A stretch of 64,000 bases of DNA, taken from sequence record NC_027399.1, one strand, 5' to 3'. The notes below the pieces were generated by a model. The model saw only the letters and a list, made by a program, of their open reading frames with translations, was not told where the DNA came from and did not search any database. Positions 29,749 through 39,584 of this stretch are shown here, in pieces. How positions within the stretch are numbered: the first letter of the stretch is position 1; each line of letters opens with the position of its first letter. A program made the position numbers and the translations under genes.

Positions 29749-29895
29749 ATGCAATACTCTATCTATGCTCGTATGGGAGTTGATTATGAATGGAACAGAC
29801 TTCGTACAGTGTACAATGAAGAGAAAGCAATTGAATTGAAAGAGTATTACGAACAAACATGGCGTATCGTTGAAATTCGTAATGAAAGCAAATAA
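29749..29895 (+). CDS. Small hypothetical protein (not in track)
   Basis: AAGGTG SD. Confidence 0.6.
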   Translation: MQYSIYARMGVDYEWNRLRTVYNEEKAIELKEYYEQTWRIVEIRNESK

Positions 29896-29960
29896 GCGTT
29901 GACAACATACATCAGTACTGTATAATATATACAATCTTAATCGAAAAGGTAAAAACATAA

Positions 29961-30302
29961 ATGAAAGTTACTCTGACTGGTAGTACAATCAATGTAGCAA
30001 CAATCAAATCAGTACTGGAAAACAATAGCCGAGTATATATTTCACTTCCAATTAATGATGTTTGTGAAATTTTAGTAACTCGTTTGGAATCGCATTTTAA
30101 CGGGTATATTAAACAAGATAGTATTGAAGTTAAATACGCCGAACGAGATTGTGGTGAAATCCAGTGTATGGCAACAGAATACTTCAACATCAATATGATG
30201 GAAAAAGCCGCAATGGCTGCCGTTGAGCGATATAATTCAGAAGATCCATGTGAATTTTCTAATTATTCAGTGGCATTTGAAAATACATTTATTAAAGAAT
30301 AA
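29961..30302 (+). CDS. Hypothetical protein
   Basis: TTGACA/TATAAT promoter, AAGGT SD. Confidence 0.8.
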   Translation: MKVTLTGSTINVATIKSVLENNSRVYISLPINDVCEILVTRLESHFNGYIKQDSIEVKYAERDCGEIQCMATEYFNINMMEKAAMAAVERYNSEDPCEFSNYSVAFENTFIKE

Positions 30303-30359
30303 CAAAATGAAGTCATACCTTTTCCTATAATATAGTATTACTAAAATAGAGAATATTGT

Positions 30360-30710
30360 ATGAAACTTGATTATGCATTAATAAGCAAAACGTTTAAATT
30401 AATATATTTTATTTTTGGTTATAGTAAAAATTCTAATTTTTTTCCAATATTATTTGACCTTGATGAAAATGATATTCACCAAGAATACAAGAAAATATTG
30501 AATAGAGAGTTACATTTATCAATTAAAGAATTAGTAATTAATAAGTATATTCATTATAAAAATAAAAATTTTGATGGATATTTGCGAATTATTGGATATG
30601 ATTTTGATACATCGAACTTAATAGTAAATGCACCTAATAATACAGGAATTTTCCAAATAACTTGGGTGAATTTAAAAATTTTTGACAGTATACCATCAAA
30701 AAAGGGTTGA
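30360..30710 (+). CDS. Hypothetical protein
   Basis: Co-oriented AT-rich ORF. Confidence 0.65.
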   Translation: MKLDYALISKTFKLIYFIFGYSKNSNFFPILFDLDENDIHQEYKKILNRELHLSIKELVINKYIHYKNKNFDGYLRIIGYDFDTSNLIVNAPNNTGIFQITWVNLKIFDSIPSKKG

Positions 30711-30763
30711 CGAAAGTCAGCCTTTTTTGTTATAATGTGTTTATTAAGAAAGGAGAAATAAAA

Positions 30764-31534
30764 ATGCATCCTCGTTTAGTTAGAAGTCAGAAAATCCAGA
30801 AAAACTTCGATTCAATGCTCGCAGTACTGGAAAGTATGCTTAAACCAAATAGCCCTATTAATAGCATGATTGTAAGTGGTGCTCCGGGTATTGGTAAAAC
30901 ATACTCACTCTCTAACCGACTCAATAAAGCACATTCTAATGCTGAATGTAATGTAACTACCGTTAGCGGTAAAATGACTACCCTAGCACTCTTCGAAGTA
31001 CTGTACAAAAACCGGTTCAGTACTAATATCATTGTACTTGATGATATGGACAGTATTTTTGATTCAGAAGATGGTATGAATCTGCTCAAAGCAGTACTTG
31101 ATACGTCAAAACGTACAGTATCATATATGTCATCTTCTAAGTACTTAAAAGATAATGGCATCCCAAGTACTTTTGATTTTTTTGGTAAAATTGTATTCAT
31201 TACAAATAAAGATTTAACTCGTATTGCTGCATCCAAAAGCAAACAAGCACCACATTGTCAAGCTTTGATTTCTCGTTCAGTGTATATTGATCTTGAAATT
31301 CAAAGCAAAGAAGATATCATGATTCATATCGAAAATGTTATGCTCAGTACTAATATTCTTGAAAAATATAATGTTAATCAAAATGGTAGTAACATGATTC
31401 TTAATTGGATGCTGAAACACCAGGAACGTCTACAGTCTCCATCATTACGTACACCTGTGCTTATTAGTGCTCTGTATAATTCCAATCCATATGATTGGGA
31501 AGAAATTTGCGAAAATGTTTATCTGGAGAAGTAA
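30764..31534 (+). CDS. AAA+ ATPase
   Basis: Walker A GAPGIGKT, Walker B IIVLDDMD, sensor FITN, ALISRS; AGGAG SD. Confidence 0.9.
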   Translation: MHPRLVRSQKIQKNFDSMLAVLESMLKPNSPINSMIVSGAPGIGKTYSLSNRLNKAHSNAECNVTTVSGKMTTLALFEVLYKNRFSTNIIVLDDMDSIFDSEDGMNLLKAVLDTSKRTVSYMSSSKYLKDNGIPSTFDFFGKIVFITNKDLTRIAASKSKQAPHCQALISRSVYIDLEIQSKEDIMIHIENVMLSTNILEKYNVNQNGSNMILNWMLKHQERLQSPSLRTPVLISALYNSNPYDWEEICENVYLEK

Positions 31535-31848
31535 TGAAATACAAATGTACAGTATACAAAGAAGGAATTGTATTCATTGAAGTCTATGTAGATGATGATA
31601 TTTGGTTTGAAGTTGATGAATGTTTTGATACAAATGTATACGTATCAAAAAATGGATATATCTATGAATATAATTTAAATAACGATTTTGGTTCAATGCA
31701 AGATGATGAATTATTTCAATTGAGTACTGTAAGTCCGATTCCTTTTGACTTAAAAATCATTAGAGAAGCCCATAAACAATTCAGTACTATTATAAAAGAA
31801 AATTCATCATTATTGTATCATTATATATTAGTAACAGAGGACGAATAA
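31534..31848 (+). CDS. Hypothetical protein, FQLST-motif family
   Basis: DDELFQLSTV. Confidence 0.75.
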   Translation: MKYKCTVYKEGIVFIEVYVDDDIWFEVDECFDTNVYVSKNGYIYEYNLNNDFGSMQDDELFQLSTVSPIPFDLKIIREAHKQFSTIIKENSSLLYHYILVTEDE

Positions 31849-31978
31849 TGAAACCAGAACAATGGATCATCGATGATATGCGTGCTATGCGTAAGATTGA
31901 AAATAAATCATACGAAGAACAAGCATACTTAGATCTTCTTCAATGGTATGTTAAAGTAATCCAATCAAAGGAATAATT

Positions 31979-32326
31979 ATGTTAGACTTTATGCTAAAAA
32001 GTGAACTATCTCATACTATTGGATATAGTATTGCAGTACTGATCGTATTCAGCTTTCTGTTTGAAAAAATCAATTGGCTATTCAAAACCAATATCTATAA
32101 AAAGTATTATAAAGTTAAAAGTTTTGACAGACAATTCTTTTTGGGTGTAATGTATACATTAACATTATATTGTAGTGTATTTGAAATTGGATTTGTACTG
32201 GCTGATTCACCATTAACATTATATCTTTCATTGTATACACTTTTTGTTATACCATTTTCTTTGTATATTTTTTGTACTAAAGTGTTCGATAAAATTATTG
32301 AATTCCGAAATAAACTACCAGACTGA
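31979..32326 (+). CDS. Membrane protein, NKLP family
   Basis: 3 TM segments; ends IIEFRNKLPD. Confidence 0.8.
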   Translation: MLDFMLKSELSHTIGYSIAVLIVFSFLFEKINWLFKTNIYKKYYKVKSFDRQFFLGVMYTLTLYCSVFEIGFVLADSPLTLYLSLYTLFVIPFSLYIFCTKVFDKIIEFRNKLPD

Positions 32327-32341
32327 TATGGAGTAATATAA

Positions 32342-32689
32342 ATGATTGAGTTTATATTCAAAAGTGATTTCGCATATAGTGTTGGGTATTGTATCTTTAT
32401 TGCTATTATTTTTAATTACTTATTTGAGAAAATTAATTATTTTTTTAAGACTAATATTCACAAAAAGTATTATACAAACAAGAGCAGTAAAAGAAAAAAC
32501 ATTGAATTCACTCTGTATATTAGTACTATATATCTGATAACAATTGAACTTCCTTCAGTACTAACTGATAAAAATGTAACAATGCTATTTTGTGTATATA
32601 GTGCAGTGATTATCTTCTTTTGGGTATATTATACAATCAAAGCATTGAATCAAAAATTAACTGAATTCCATAATAAACTACCGGATTAA
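32342..32689 (+). CDS. Membrane protein, NKLP family
   Basis: Clear paralog of previous gene; ends LTEFHNKLPD. Confidence 0.8.
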   Translation: MIEFIFKSDFAYSVGYCIFIAIIFNYLFEKINYFFKTNIHKKYYTNKSSKRKNIEFTLYISTIYLITIELPSVLTDKNVTMLFCVYSAVIIFFWVYYTIKALNQKLTEFHNKLPD

Positions 32690-32695
32690 TTAAAA

Positions 32696-33040
32696 ATGAA
32701 TGAATTTCTACGAAGTGAACTATTGTGTTCAGTACTACAATGCTTTTTGTTGTTATTCATTGTGTACCATTTGTATATTTTAGTACTATGGTACTTTAAA
32801 CGTAAATCGTATTTGACATTATGGCAAAACAATAAGTTAGCAGTTCCATTTCTTACTACTACAACAATAGCTTATGCTCTTTCCGGGATTTTCCTGTTTC
32901 CGGTAGATGATCCTGTAATGCAAGAAAGTGGGATAGCAATTGCTAATCTTATTAGATCATTGTTCATTAGTGCATGGTTTTTCTTTGTATTAATCAGGTA
33001 CTTAGTGCGTTTACGTACTAAAATCGAAGGGGCATTCTAA
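32696..33040 (+). CDS. Membrane protein
   Basis: 3 TM segments in tandem array. Confidence 0.8.
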   Translation: MNEFLRSELLCSVLQCFLLLFIVYHLYILVLWYFKRKSYLTLWQNNKLAVPFLTTTTIAYALSGIFLFPVDDPVMQESGIAIANLIRSLFISAWFFFVLIRYLVRLRTKIEGAF

Positions 33041-33041
33041 A

Positions 33042-33377
33042 ATGATGGAGTACATTAATCTGTTTGATACATCATTCATTATAGTTAGTACTTATTATAT
33101 TTGTAGTACTATTTTTTACTTTCTGATGTGGTTCTTTAAACGTAAACTGGATAACTTCATTAAGCAATATTCGTTACAACTGGTATTACAATTGTATTAC
33201 TGGATTGGATTTGGTTTAATGTATTTGCATTACTATTTTGTATTATATAATATCCGTGAAAATAATACATTTATGCTTTATATGCTACAAATTATCGGTA
33301 CTGCAATCTATGTAGGTTATCTAATGTCGATTGTACTGTCAAAATTAAGAAACAAAATCCCTGATATGAGGAATTAA
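33042..33377 (+). CDS. Membrane protein, NKLP family
   Basis: Ends KLRNKIPD. Confidence 0.8.
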   Translation: MMEYINLFDTSFIIVSTYYICSTIFYFLMWFFKRKLDNFIKQYSLQLVLQLYYWIGFGLMYLHYYFVLYNIRENNTFMLYMLQIIGTAIYVGYLMSIVLSKLRNKIPDMRN

Positions 33378-33380
33378 AAA

Positions 33381-33686
33381 ATGACATATATTTTTATTGC
33401 ATTAGCAATGTATTACTGGATTTCGTGGACTGGATATCTCTTTGCATTAAAATCTTTTGATTATTTCAGTACTTCCTGTAAAGAAAGTTGGGGATGGCAT
33501 GTAATGGCAACTTCGTCAGTAACATACTGTGCTTATGAAAGCATCACTGATAAGACATTCAATGATATTGTATTGAGTACAGTACTGATGTATTTGTGGG
33601 GTTTTGCATTTATTGTTCATATTTCACCTTTAATTAGAGATAAAATTGTAAAATTTCATAATAAACAAAAGGAAAAACGTACATGA
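33381..33686 (+). CDS. Membrane protein, NKLP family
   Basis: Ends IVKFHNKQK. Confidence 0.8.
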   Translation: MTYIFIALAMYYWISWTGYLFALKSFDYFSTSCKESWGWHVMATSSVTYCAYESITDKTFNDIVLSTVLMYLWGFAFIVHISPLIRDKIVKFHNKQKEKRT

Positions 33687-34036
33687 TCCTTACATTAAAT
33701 TTACTGACATTTTTTAGTGTATTAACGTGTTTAATCTTTATTGGAAAATTCTTTTGTGTTAAAATAGCAGAAAAGATTTATGATTCATGGGAAAACGAAA
33801 TGTCTTTATGGGTTCCTATATTCTGGACTGTTAGTAATGTATTTTTAATTCCAGCCTGGATTGGTGCAACAAAGGAAATCTTCCCACTTTTTTTATTCAG
33901 TGCAATGTTCAGTGCTGGTTTTTGTTTTATGTATATGGCATTTGAATTGATTGTTGTACTAAATGCTGTATTAGTACCTGCATTAAAGAATGTGCATGTA
34001 AAAATTAAACTCAAGAAATCACAGGGCAAATTATGA
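33683..34036 (+). CDS. Membrane protein
   Basis: 3 TM segments. Confidence 0.8.
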   Translation: MILTLNLLTFFSVLTCLIFIGKFFCVKIAEKIYDSWENEMSLWVPIFWTVSNVFLIPAWIGATKEIFPLFLFSAMFSAGFCFMYMAFELIVVLNAVLVPALKNVHVKIKLKKSQGKL

Positions 34037-34422
34037 CTTACAGAGATTATTTTTGTATATTCGAAGTACTGGTTTTCACTTCAGGTAGTTTAGTATTGTT
34101 ATTGCATTATTTTTGTGTTGAGCCTTTTTACAAATTATTAAAACCAAAAACCGAAATGGGTGTATTTTGTTTATTTCAGTTTTTGTATTACTATTTTCTG
34201 TCTATTCTTTCTGTTGTTGTAGAAGTAATTTTCGGAGGATTTGTTAATGCAGACAAAATGCCGTCATACGAGTTGTTTACAATCTTCAATGTACTTATGA
34301 TTGCGTTAATAGTGTTCGTTTCAATTCTTGCTGGAATTTACAAATTTTTCGTATTCCTTGGTAACAAACACAATGATATAGTACTAAAACGAAAAGGAAC
34401 CCTGACAAATGAGCGTAATTGA
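34033..34422 (+). CDS. Membrane protein
   Basis: 3 TM segments. Confidence 0.8.
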   Translation: MTYRDYFCIFEVLVFTSGSLVLLLHYFCVEPFYKLLKPKTEMGVFCLFQFLYYYFLSILSVVVEVIFGGFVNADKMPSYELFTIFNVLMIALIVFVSILAGIYKFFVFLGNKHNDIVLKRKGTLTNERN

Positions 34423-34768
34423 AATAATTGTAATTGCATACCACATTTTAGCAGTACTCCTTATTTTATCTGTTCTTGTGGATTATGCATTAGGATTTGA
34501 TAAACTTAAATTTATCTATCAGTACTTTGATGATAATTTCGATAGTGATAATCCAGTACACGTATTTCTTGGATTAGAATTTATGTGCTTAATTCTTGTA
34601 CTGTTTATTCCCATTATCGGTACTGGAACATCTCTTTTCTTCATTACTGCAATTACATTATTGTACTTCGTAGTAATAGTTCTTATTTTAGTACTATATT
34701 CTGTTGCATATGGAATAGAAAAAATTAGAAATAAACGCCTAACAAAAAAAATAAAAAATAGTTCCTGA
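34409..34768 (+). CDS. Membrane protein
   Basis: 3 TM segments; ends EKIRNKR. Confidence 0.8.
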   Translation: MSVIEIIVIAYHILAVLLILSVLVDYALGFDKLKFIYQYFDDNFDSDNPVHVFLGLEFMCLILVLFIPIIGTGTSLFFITAITLLYFVVIVLILVLYSVAYGIEKIRNKRLTKKIKNSS

Positions 34769-34825
34769 ACTTGACAATGCGGGATTTTTATATATAATAA
34801 CACAATAAAATAATAGAGGCACAAA

Positions 34826-35413
34826 ATGAAACGCATAACTCGCAGCAAAAATGTGATCAGGGATAGATTTCGCAAGGTAAACATTATTAAGTACAGTACT
34901 ATTGCATTAGCATTAAGTACTACATTTGTACTCACTGCATGTGATGAACCAACAAATGTAGACGTATACAAATCATTAGAACAATGCAAAACTTCTGGAA
35001 AAAATCCAGCACAATGTGAAGAAGATTACAAAAATGCACTAAAGCAAAGTGTCAGTACTGCACCGCATTATAAATCACAAAGCGAATGCTACGCAGACTT
35101 TGATACAGTATGTCAGGAAGGACATTACAGTACTGGTGGTATGTTCTTCTATCCTATGATGACAGGATTCCATAGTTCAGGACAAGGATATCATTCACAA
35201 CCTTTATATAGTCATAAAGGTAATTACGTTGATGCTGGTGGAAATAATTACGGATCAACTTACAGTACCACTACTAACAGAACTGTACCAAGATCCGGTC
35301 TGACACAAAAAGCACCAACCAGTACTATAACCAGAAGTGGATTTGGTAGTACTGTTTCAAGTCGTAGTTTTTCAAGTTCTCATAGTTCATCAAGCCATTC
35401 ATTTGGTGGTTAA
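34826..35413 (+). CDS. DUF1190 (YgiB/YjfM-like) lipoprotein
   Basis: Lipobox LTAC; Y.S...C...C..APHY.S...C..DF; FYPMMTGF; SQPLY; TITRSGFG; Ser/Gly tail. Confidence 0.88.
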   Translation: MKRITRSKNVIRDRFRKVNIIKYSTIALALSTTFVLTACDEPTNVDVYKSLEQCKTSGKNPAQCEEDYKNALKQSVSTAPHYKSQSECYADFDTVCQEGHYSTGGMFFYPMMTGFHSSGQGYHSQPLYSHKGNYVDAGGNNYGSTYSTTTNRTVPRSGLTQKAPTSTITRSGFGSTVSSRSFSSSHSSSSHSFGG

Positions 35414-35430
35414 ACAACAAAGGAAAATAA

Positions 35431-36063
35431 ATGAAATATTCTAGCCTGAATCTTTATAATAATCCAGCAGTCGCTACTCATGCAATCACTGGTAGTATCA
35501 ATGATTCTTCTTATAAAGAATTCCGTGAGTTCATCAAAGCAGTACTGGAAAATAATCAGAAAATCTCCGACGAAGAACGTATCCATAAAGAGAAAGAAGA
35601 ATTCAATAAAATTCATAACCCAGAAGCTAAACCAGAATTCTTTAGCCCTAAAACTAAAGTACAACGTATTAACCTTATCGTAGATTCATATGGCGGTCAA
35701 TGTTCTTCTATGACCAGTATTGTTGCACTAATGAATAGTTCTCCTATTCCTATTGATACATATTGCTTCGGTGCTGCTATGTCAGCAGGATTTATGATTT
35801 TTATTCATGGAAAAAATCGTTATGTAGGTAATGCAGCAGACCTTATGATGCATAGTTTAAGTACTGGTGTATATGATCACGCACCTGGTATTAAATCAAA
35901 AGCCGAACACCTGCTGAAAATTAATACAGTCTATCAACAAATGGTAGCAAATAAAACTGGTCTTACAATGGAATGGCTTAAAGAGCACGAAGAAAAGGAT
36001 ATGCACTTCCTTGCAGATGATTGTATTGAATACAAAATTGCAGATGCAATCATTGAGGAATAA
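35431..36063 (+). CDS. ClpP-like serine protease subunit
   Basis: INLIVDSYGG, TYCFGAAMSAG (catalytic Ser), LMMH (His), EKDMHFLA..C..Y.IAD. Confidence 0.9.
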   Translation: MKYSSLNLYNNPAVATHAITGSINDSSYKEFREFIKAVLENNQKISDEERIHKEKEEFNKIHNPEAKPEFFSPKTKVQRINLIVDSYGGQCSSMTSIVALMNSSPIPIDTYCFGAAMSAGFMIFIHGKNRYVGNAADLMMHSLSTGVYDHAPGIKSKAEHLLKINTVYQQMVANKTGLTMEWLKEHEEKDMHFLADDCIEYKIADAIIEE

Positions 36064-36066
36064 TAT

Positions 36067-36306
36067 ATGACAATATTATTCAGTACTAAAGATCCGGTAG
36101 GCGATTCTAGTAATGTAATTAGTAACTTCTACAATCATGTTCGTCGTAAGACACATCATGGTTCATGGGGTGCTGATAAACATACACGTAAGCTATTCCC
36201 GAGGGGAAAGGCGTATGATCGTCTGTTTGAATTACAATTGGATTGTTGGAAAAAACCGCTACGATTATTTCTAAGAGAACACTATGACTCCAGACCAATC
36301 ACGTGA
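36067..36306 (+). CDS. Hypothetical protein
   Basis: GAGGA SD. Confidence 0.7.
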   Translation: MTILFSTKDPVGDSSNVISNFYNHVRRKTHHGSWGADKHTRKLFPRGKAYDRLFELQLDCWKKPLRLFLREHYDSRPIT

Positions 36307-36727
36307 GGTGGAAGAAGCCAGTACATTGTTTAGTCAATCCAGTAGTGATATCACATCACCATATACTGGCCTCGCCAAACATTATATGCGAGGTTTAGAA
36401 TCTATTCATCGCATTTATAATGAACGGGACTGGTTTGATTCTGCTTCAATTGATGATGTTGAATACATTAAAAACATGTGCAAGTACTATGAAGATAACA
36501 AAGAGTTTTATGATAATATTGGTTATCACGACCACGATTATAATACAGTATTTGAGATTGTAGATATTCATAACTTAGCACATAAAAACGCAATTAAAAG
36601 TATGATGAACGTTTACAAAATGGCATACAATGAGTTTCATCGCACACACTATCCAAACGAACCCGATGTGATATACGCCGGAACCGTTCTCAAGAAAATG
36701 GAAGAAATATTCCCAGAACTATTCTAA
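36284..36727 (+). CDS. Hypothetical protein
   Basis: Co-oriented ORF. Confidence 0.8.
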   Translation: MTPDQSREVEEASTLFSQSSSDITSPYTGLAKHYMRGLESIHRIYNERDWFDSASIDDVEYIKNMCKYYEDNKEFYDNIGYHDHDYNTVFEIVDIHNLAHKNAIKSMMNVYKMAYNEFHRTHYPNEPDVIYAGTVLKKMEEIFPELF

Positions 36728-36796
36728 GATAAAAGGTTGACTTCGGTCAGCCTTTTTTGTTATTATAACAGTACTATATCAAAGAGGTAATTAATA

Positions 36797-37396
36797 ATGA
36801 AAAAAGTCAAAAAATTATACAAAGATTGGTACAACAAAATTAAACAACAACATTTAAAAGAAAAACGCAACCCGCAATCTACTTATGTGTTTAGATGGAC
36901 TTTCAAATCTTCAGATAGTATGAAAAAGATTAAACCGGGTGCTACATTTAAAATTGCTAAAGTACTAAAAATATTTCTCAGAGCTAATAATATCCATCTC
37001 AATGAAGTAGGGTGGAATAATAGAGGGAAAATTACTTGTACTAATAAAATTAAATCAGCAACCTTTGATGTATATATCAAAAATATTCCATGCTCAATTA
37101 TGATATCCGCCACAGGAGCATTTATACTCACCAATTATCATAAACATAAAAAAAATAATACATTAGAAAATTGCATTGTATATAATTCACATAATGATCT
37201 CTTTCTTCAGGGTCGTCAAATACTTGAAGAATTAAACATTGATTATAATAACTTAACAGAAGAAGAAATGTTTCAACTAAGTACTATATTCGATGTGTAT
37301 TTCTATAAAACCGTCAAAAATATAGGAATAGAATTACATAGAACAAAAAACCTAAATTGTAATAAACTCGTAGCAGTACTAAACAAATACAAATAA
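36797..37396 (+). CDS. Hypothetical basic protein, FQLST-motif family
   Basis: NLTEEEMFQLSTI; GAGGT SD. Confidence 0.8.
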   Translation: MKKVKKLYKDWYNKIKQQHLKEKRNPQSTYVFRWTFKSSDSMKKIKPGATFKIAKVLKIFLRANNIHLNEVGWNNRGKITCTNKIKSATFDVYIKNIPCSIMISATGAFILTNYHKHKKNNTLENCIVYNSHNDLFLQGRQILEELNIDYNNLTEEEMFQLSTIFDVYFYKTVKNIGIELHRTKNLNCNKLVAVLNKYK

Positions 37397-37418
37397 AACC
37401 AATGAAGGATTTAAGTAA

Positions 37419-37976
37419 ATGATCATCCAAATCAATAGCTATAAAACAAAAGAAGAACTGACCACCCTTATCATTAAAGCTATTCAAAAAGGGGAAAGTT
37501 ATATCAAAATTCCATTGGATAAAACAAGCAATCGTAATATGGTTATTTCCCAAATTGATAAAGATTTTGATATCAATATATGCTATATGGAAGAAACCAG
37601 TACTGATATCATTTACTCAGGTACTGAATCATTTAAACCAGACCAAATCATTACAGCAGTGTATAATTGCGTCCAACGTTATTTCAGTACTGAACCCAAT
37701 AAAACAATCAGAGAACAACAAAAATATAATACACGAAATATACAAGAAGTAGAAAAACATAGCAAAAACTTCCCCGGTGGTATGACCGTCAAAGAATTAA
37801 AAGAATTAATTAAAGATTGGCCTGAAACCAATCAGTACGGAGAAGATACTTTAGTATATATCAGTACTGAGTCAGATACGGATTGTACTGTACATTCTTC
37901 GTGGTGTTCATCAGTAAGAACTAATGATAATGGTACACTTGTATATGACTTGACTCTTGATACAGAACAAAGATAA
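37419..37976 (+). CDS. Hypothetical protein
   Basis: AAGGA SD; GMTVKELKELIKDWPE domain. Confidence 0.8.
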   Translation: MIIQINSYKTKEELTTLIIKAIQKGESYIKIPLDKTSNRNMVISQIDKDFDINICYMEETSTDIIYSGTESFKPDQIITAVYNCVQRYFSTEPNKTIREQQKYNTRNIQEVEKHSKNFPGGMTVKELKELIKDWPETNQYGEDTLVYISTESDTDCTVHSSWCSSVRTNDNGTLVYDLTLDTEQR

Positions 37977-37980
37977 TTAA

Positions 37981-38026
37981 AAAGACTCCCCGTAAAACTC
38001 GATCAAACGGATTCTACGGGGAGTAT
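37981..38026 (+). terminator. Hairpin closing the left gene block
   Basis: ACTCCCCGTA / TACGGGGAGT inverted repeat; no T-run. Confidence 0.55.
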
Positions 38027-38454
38027 ACTATATTGGACGATATGGTCATTATAGTAGACAATTTAATGGATATAGGTGATTCAGTACTGATAATAATGAA
38101 TATAAATGAATAAGAATGATTCTGAATGATTAAGTACTATTAAGAATGATTAAGTACTATTCAGTACTGATATGCCACTAAGTCCGTTTATAAAGTCGCA
38201 CCCAGTGGGCTACATTTGTAACTATTCAGTACTGAATAGTTCAATTCATCAACTATTTCAAATCTAATTACCCCATTAACTAAATCCCCAAATTATATAT
38301 TAACAAAAATCTGAATAGCATGTCAAGAAAAATCTGGATTACCAACGAGAAAAAATCTGGATTTTAAAAATTTTGAAATGTCGTTTATAGTTCAGGAAAA
38401 AAATGAAATTATAACAAGAAAATTGTTGACACGTATATGATGCCATTATATAAT

Positions 38455-38945
38455 GTAATCCTCAAGACGAGAGAATGTTCTCTCACAGAAAATGCGAAGA
38501 AGCCGAGTTTATCTGTCCCTGCGTGAGTGGGCTAACATTTGAATAGGACAATACGTGGATGAATGAAAAAGGTTCAAAGGGAAGTATTTGATTCCCTGTA
38601 GTATAGTTAATGAGTTAGTACTGATATAGTTTTAATCATTGAGTAGTACTACTGTCGCAAAGGGAAACCTTTGGCTTCCATGGGGAGTGATGACAGAAGG
38701 GCATTATCCTCCATATAGAGTTACTGCGAATAACTCCGTAAGTTGGGTTGTGGCAAACCTCCTAAAATAGTGAATCTACAGTACTACTGATTGGTAGTAC
38801 TGCTTTTAATTCAAAGTGTTTCTTTCCATAGAGAAAAGGTGCATGTAACTTGAACATGTGAACTACGGGAACAGTACTGAACAATTCCAGTACTGATTCC
38901 TCTCCAAATTTTGGATACAATAATGCTAGGCTTCAGTTAGTACTG
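38455..38945 (+). ncRNA. Long structured non-coding transcript of unknown family
   Basis: TTGACA(38426) promoter with TATAAT; no ORF; many hairpins (GAGAGAA/TTCTCTC, CTGTC..GACAG, GAGTTA/TAACTC, CAGTACTAC/GTAGTACTG). Confidence 0.55.
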
Positions 38946-38947
38946 AG

Positions 38948-39066
38948 TGAGAATGATAATGATTCTCATTTGAATTGGATGAGAACGATTCTCATTTACT
39001 ATTGCAAATGATAATAGATTGCATTTACGAATGGTTCTCATTCGCAGATGATAATGATTCTTATTC
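38948..39066. promoter_or_regulatory. Tandem array of five Fur-box-like sites
   Basis: 7-1-7 inverted repeats TGATAAT-G-ATTCTCA, TGAGAAC-G-ATTCTCA, TGATAATAGATTGCA, TACGAAT-G-GTTCTCA, TGATAAT-G-ATTCTTA. Confidence 0.8.
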
Positions 39067-39198
39067 AAAATTGATTTTTCCGATTTTTTCCATTAGTCCC
39101 CCTTCAGCGTAGGGTTAATTTTTCCCCTGCCGAATCAGTTATATATTTTCAAAATCTGGATTAATCATATCAGTACTAACCCAGATAAACAATACCCT

Positions 39199-39213
39199 TT
39201 TACAAATCTTTAC
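39199..39213 (-). promoter_or_regulatory. CpxR-type box
   Basis: TTTACAAATCTTTAC = GTAAA-N5-GTAAA on minus strand. Confidence 0.55.
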
Positions 39214-39227
39214 AAAAAGATTCTAAA

Positions 39228-39257
39228 TGCGAATACAAATGATAATGATTCTCATTT
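39228..39257. promoter_or_regulatory. Extended Fur box
   Basis: TGCGAATACAAATGATAATGATTCTCATTT. Confidence 0.8.
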
Positions 39258-39345
39258 ACAGTACTGAATACTTTTTCCCACGCCCTGGCGTCTCCGGTTA
39301 CTCCCGTCTATATAAACATTATACAGTACTGAAATATTAAGTCAA
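39240..39345 (-). ncRNA. Gene-less promoter element, divergent member of the CCC..GGGTG family
   Basis: TTGACT-16-TATAAT on minus strand; GACGCCAGGGCGTGGG core; runs into Fur box. Confidence 0.5.
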
Positions 39346-39377
39346 TACTATTTTTCAAAAAGATTAAAATAAAATAC

Positions 39378-39484
39378 TTGCAATCATTGTATTATTATAT
39401 TATAATGTTTACAGTACTGAGAAAGTTCTTTTGCCCGCTAGGGTGCGGGGGAGTATGCGTTAAATGAGAATGATAATCATTTAC
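39378..39484 (+). ncRNA. Gene-less promoter element (CCC..GGGTG family) ending in Fur box
   Basis: TTGCAA-17-TATAAT; GCCCGCTAGGGTGCGGGGGAGTAT; GAGAATGATAATCATTTAC (16/19 to Fur consensus). Confidence 0.6.
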
Positions 39485-39489
39485 AGTAC

Positions 39490-39584
39490 TGGACGGATTT
39501 TCCCACCCTCGGGGGTCTCTTTTTGTCTATGTAGTAATTATACAGTACTGGAATACTATATCAAGTCTCTTTACAAATCTTTAC
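39490..39584 (-). ncRNA. Gene-less promoter element convergent on the same Fur box
   Basis: CpxR-type box 39570..39584, TTGATA-16-TATAAT, CCCCCGAGGGTGGGA. Confidence 0.55.
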
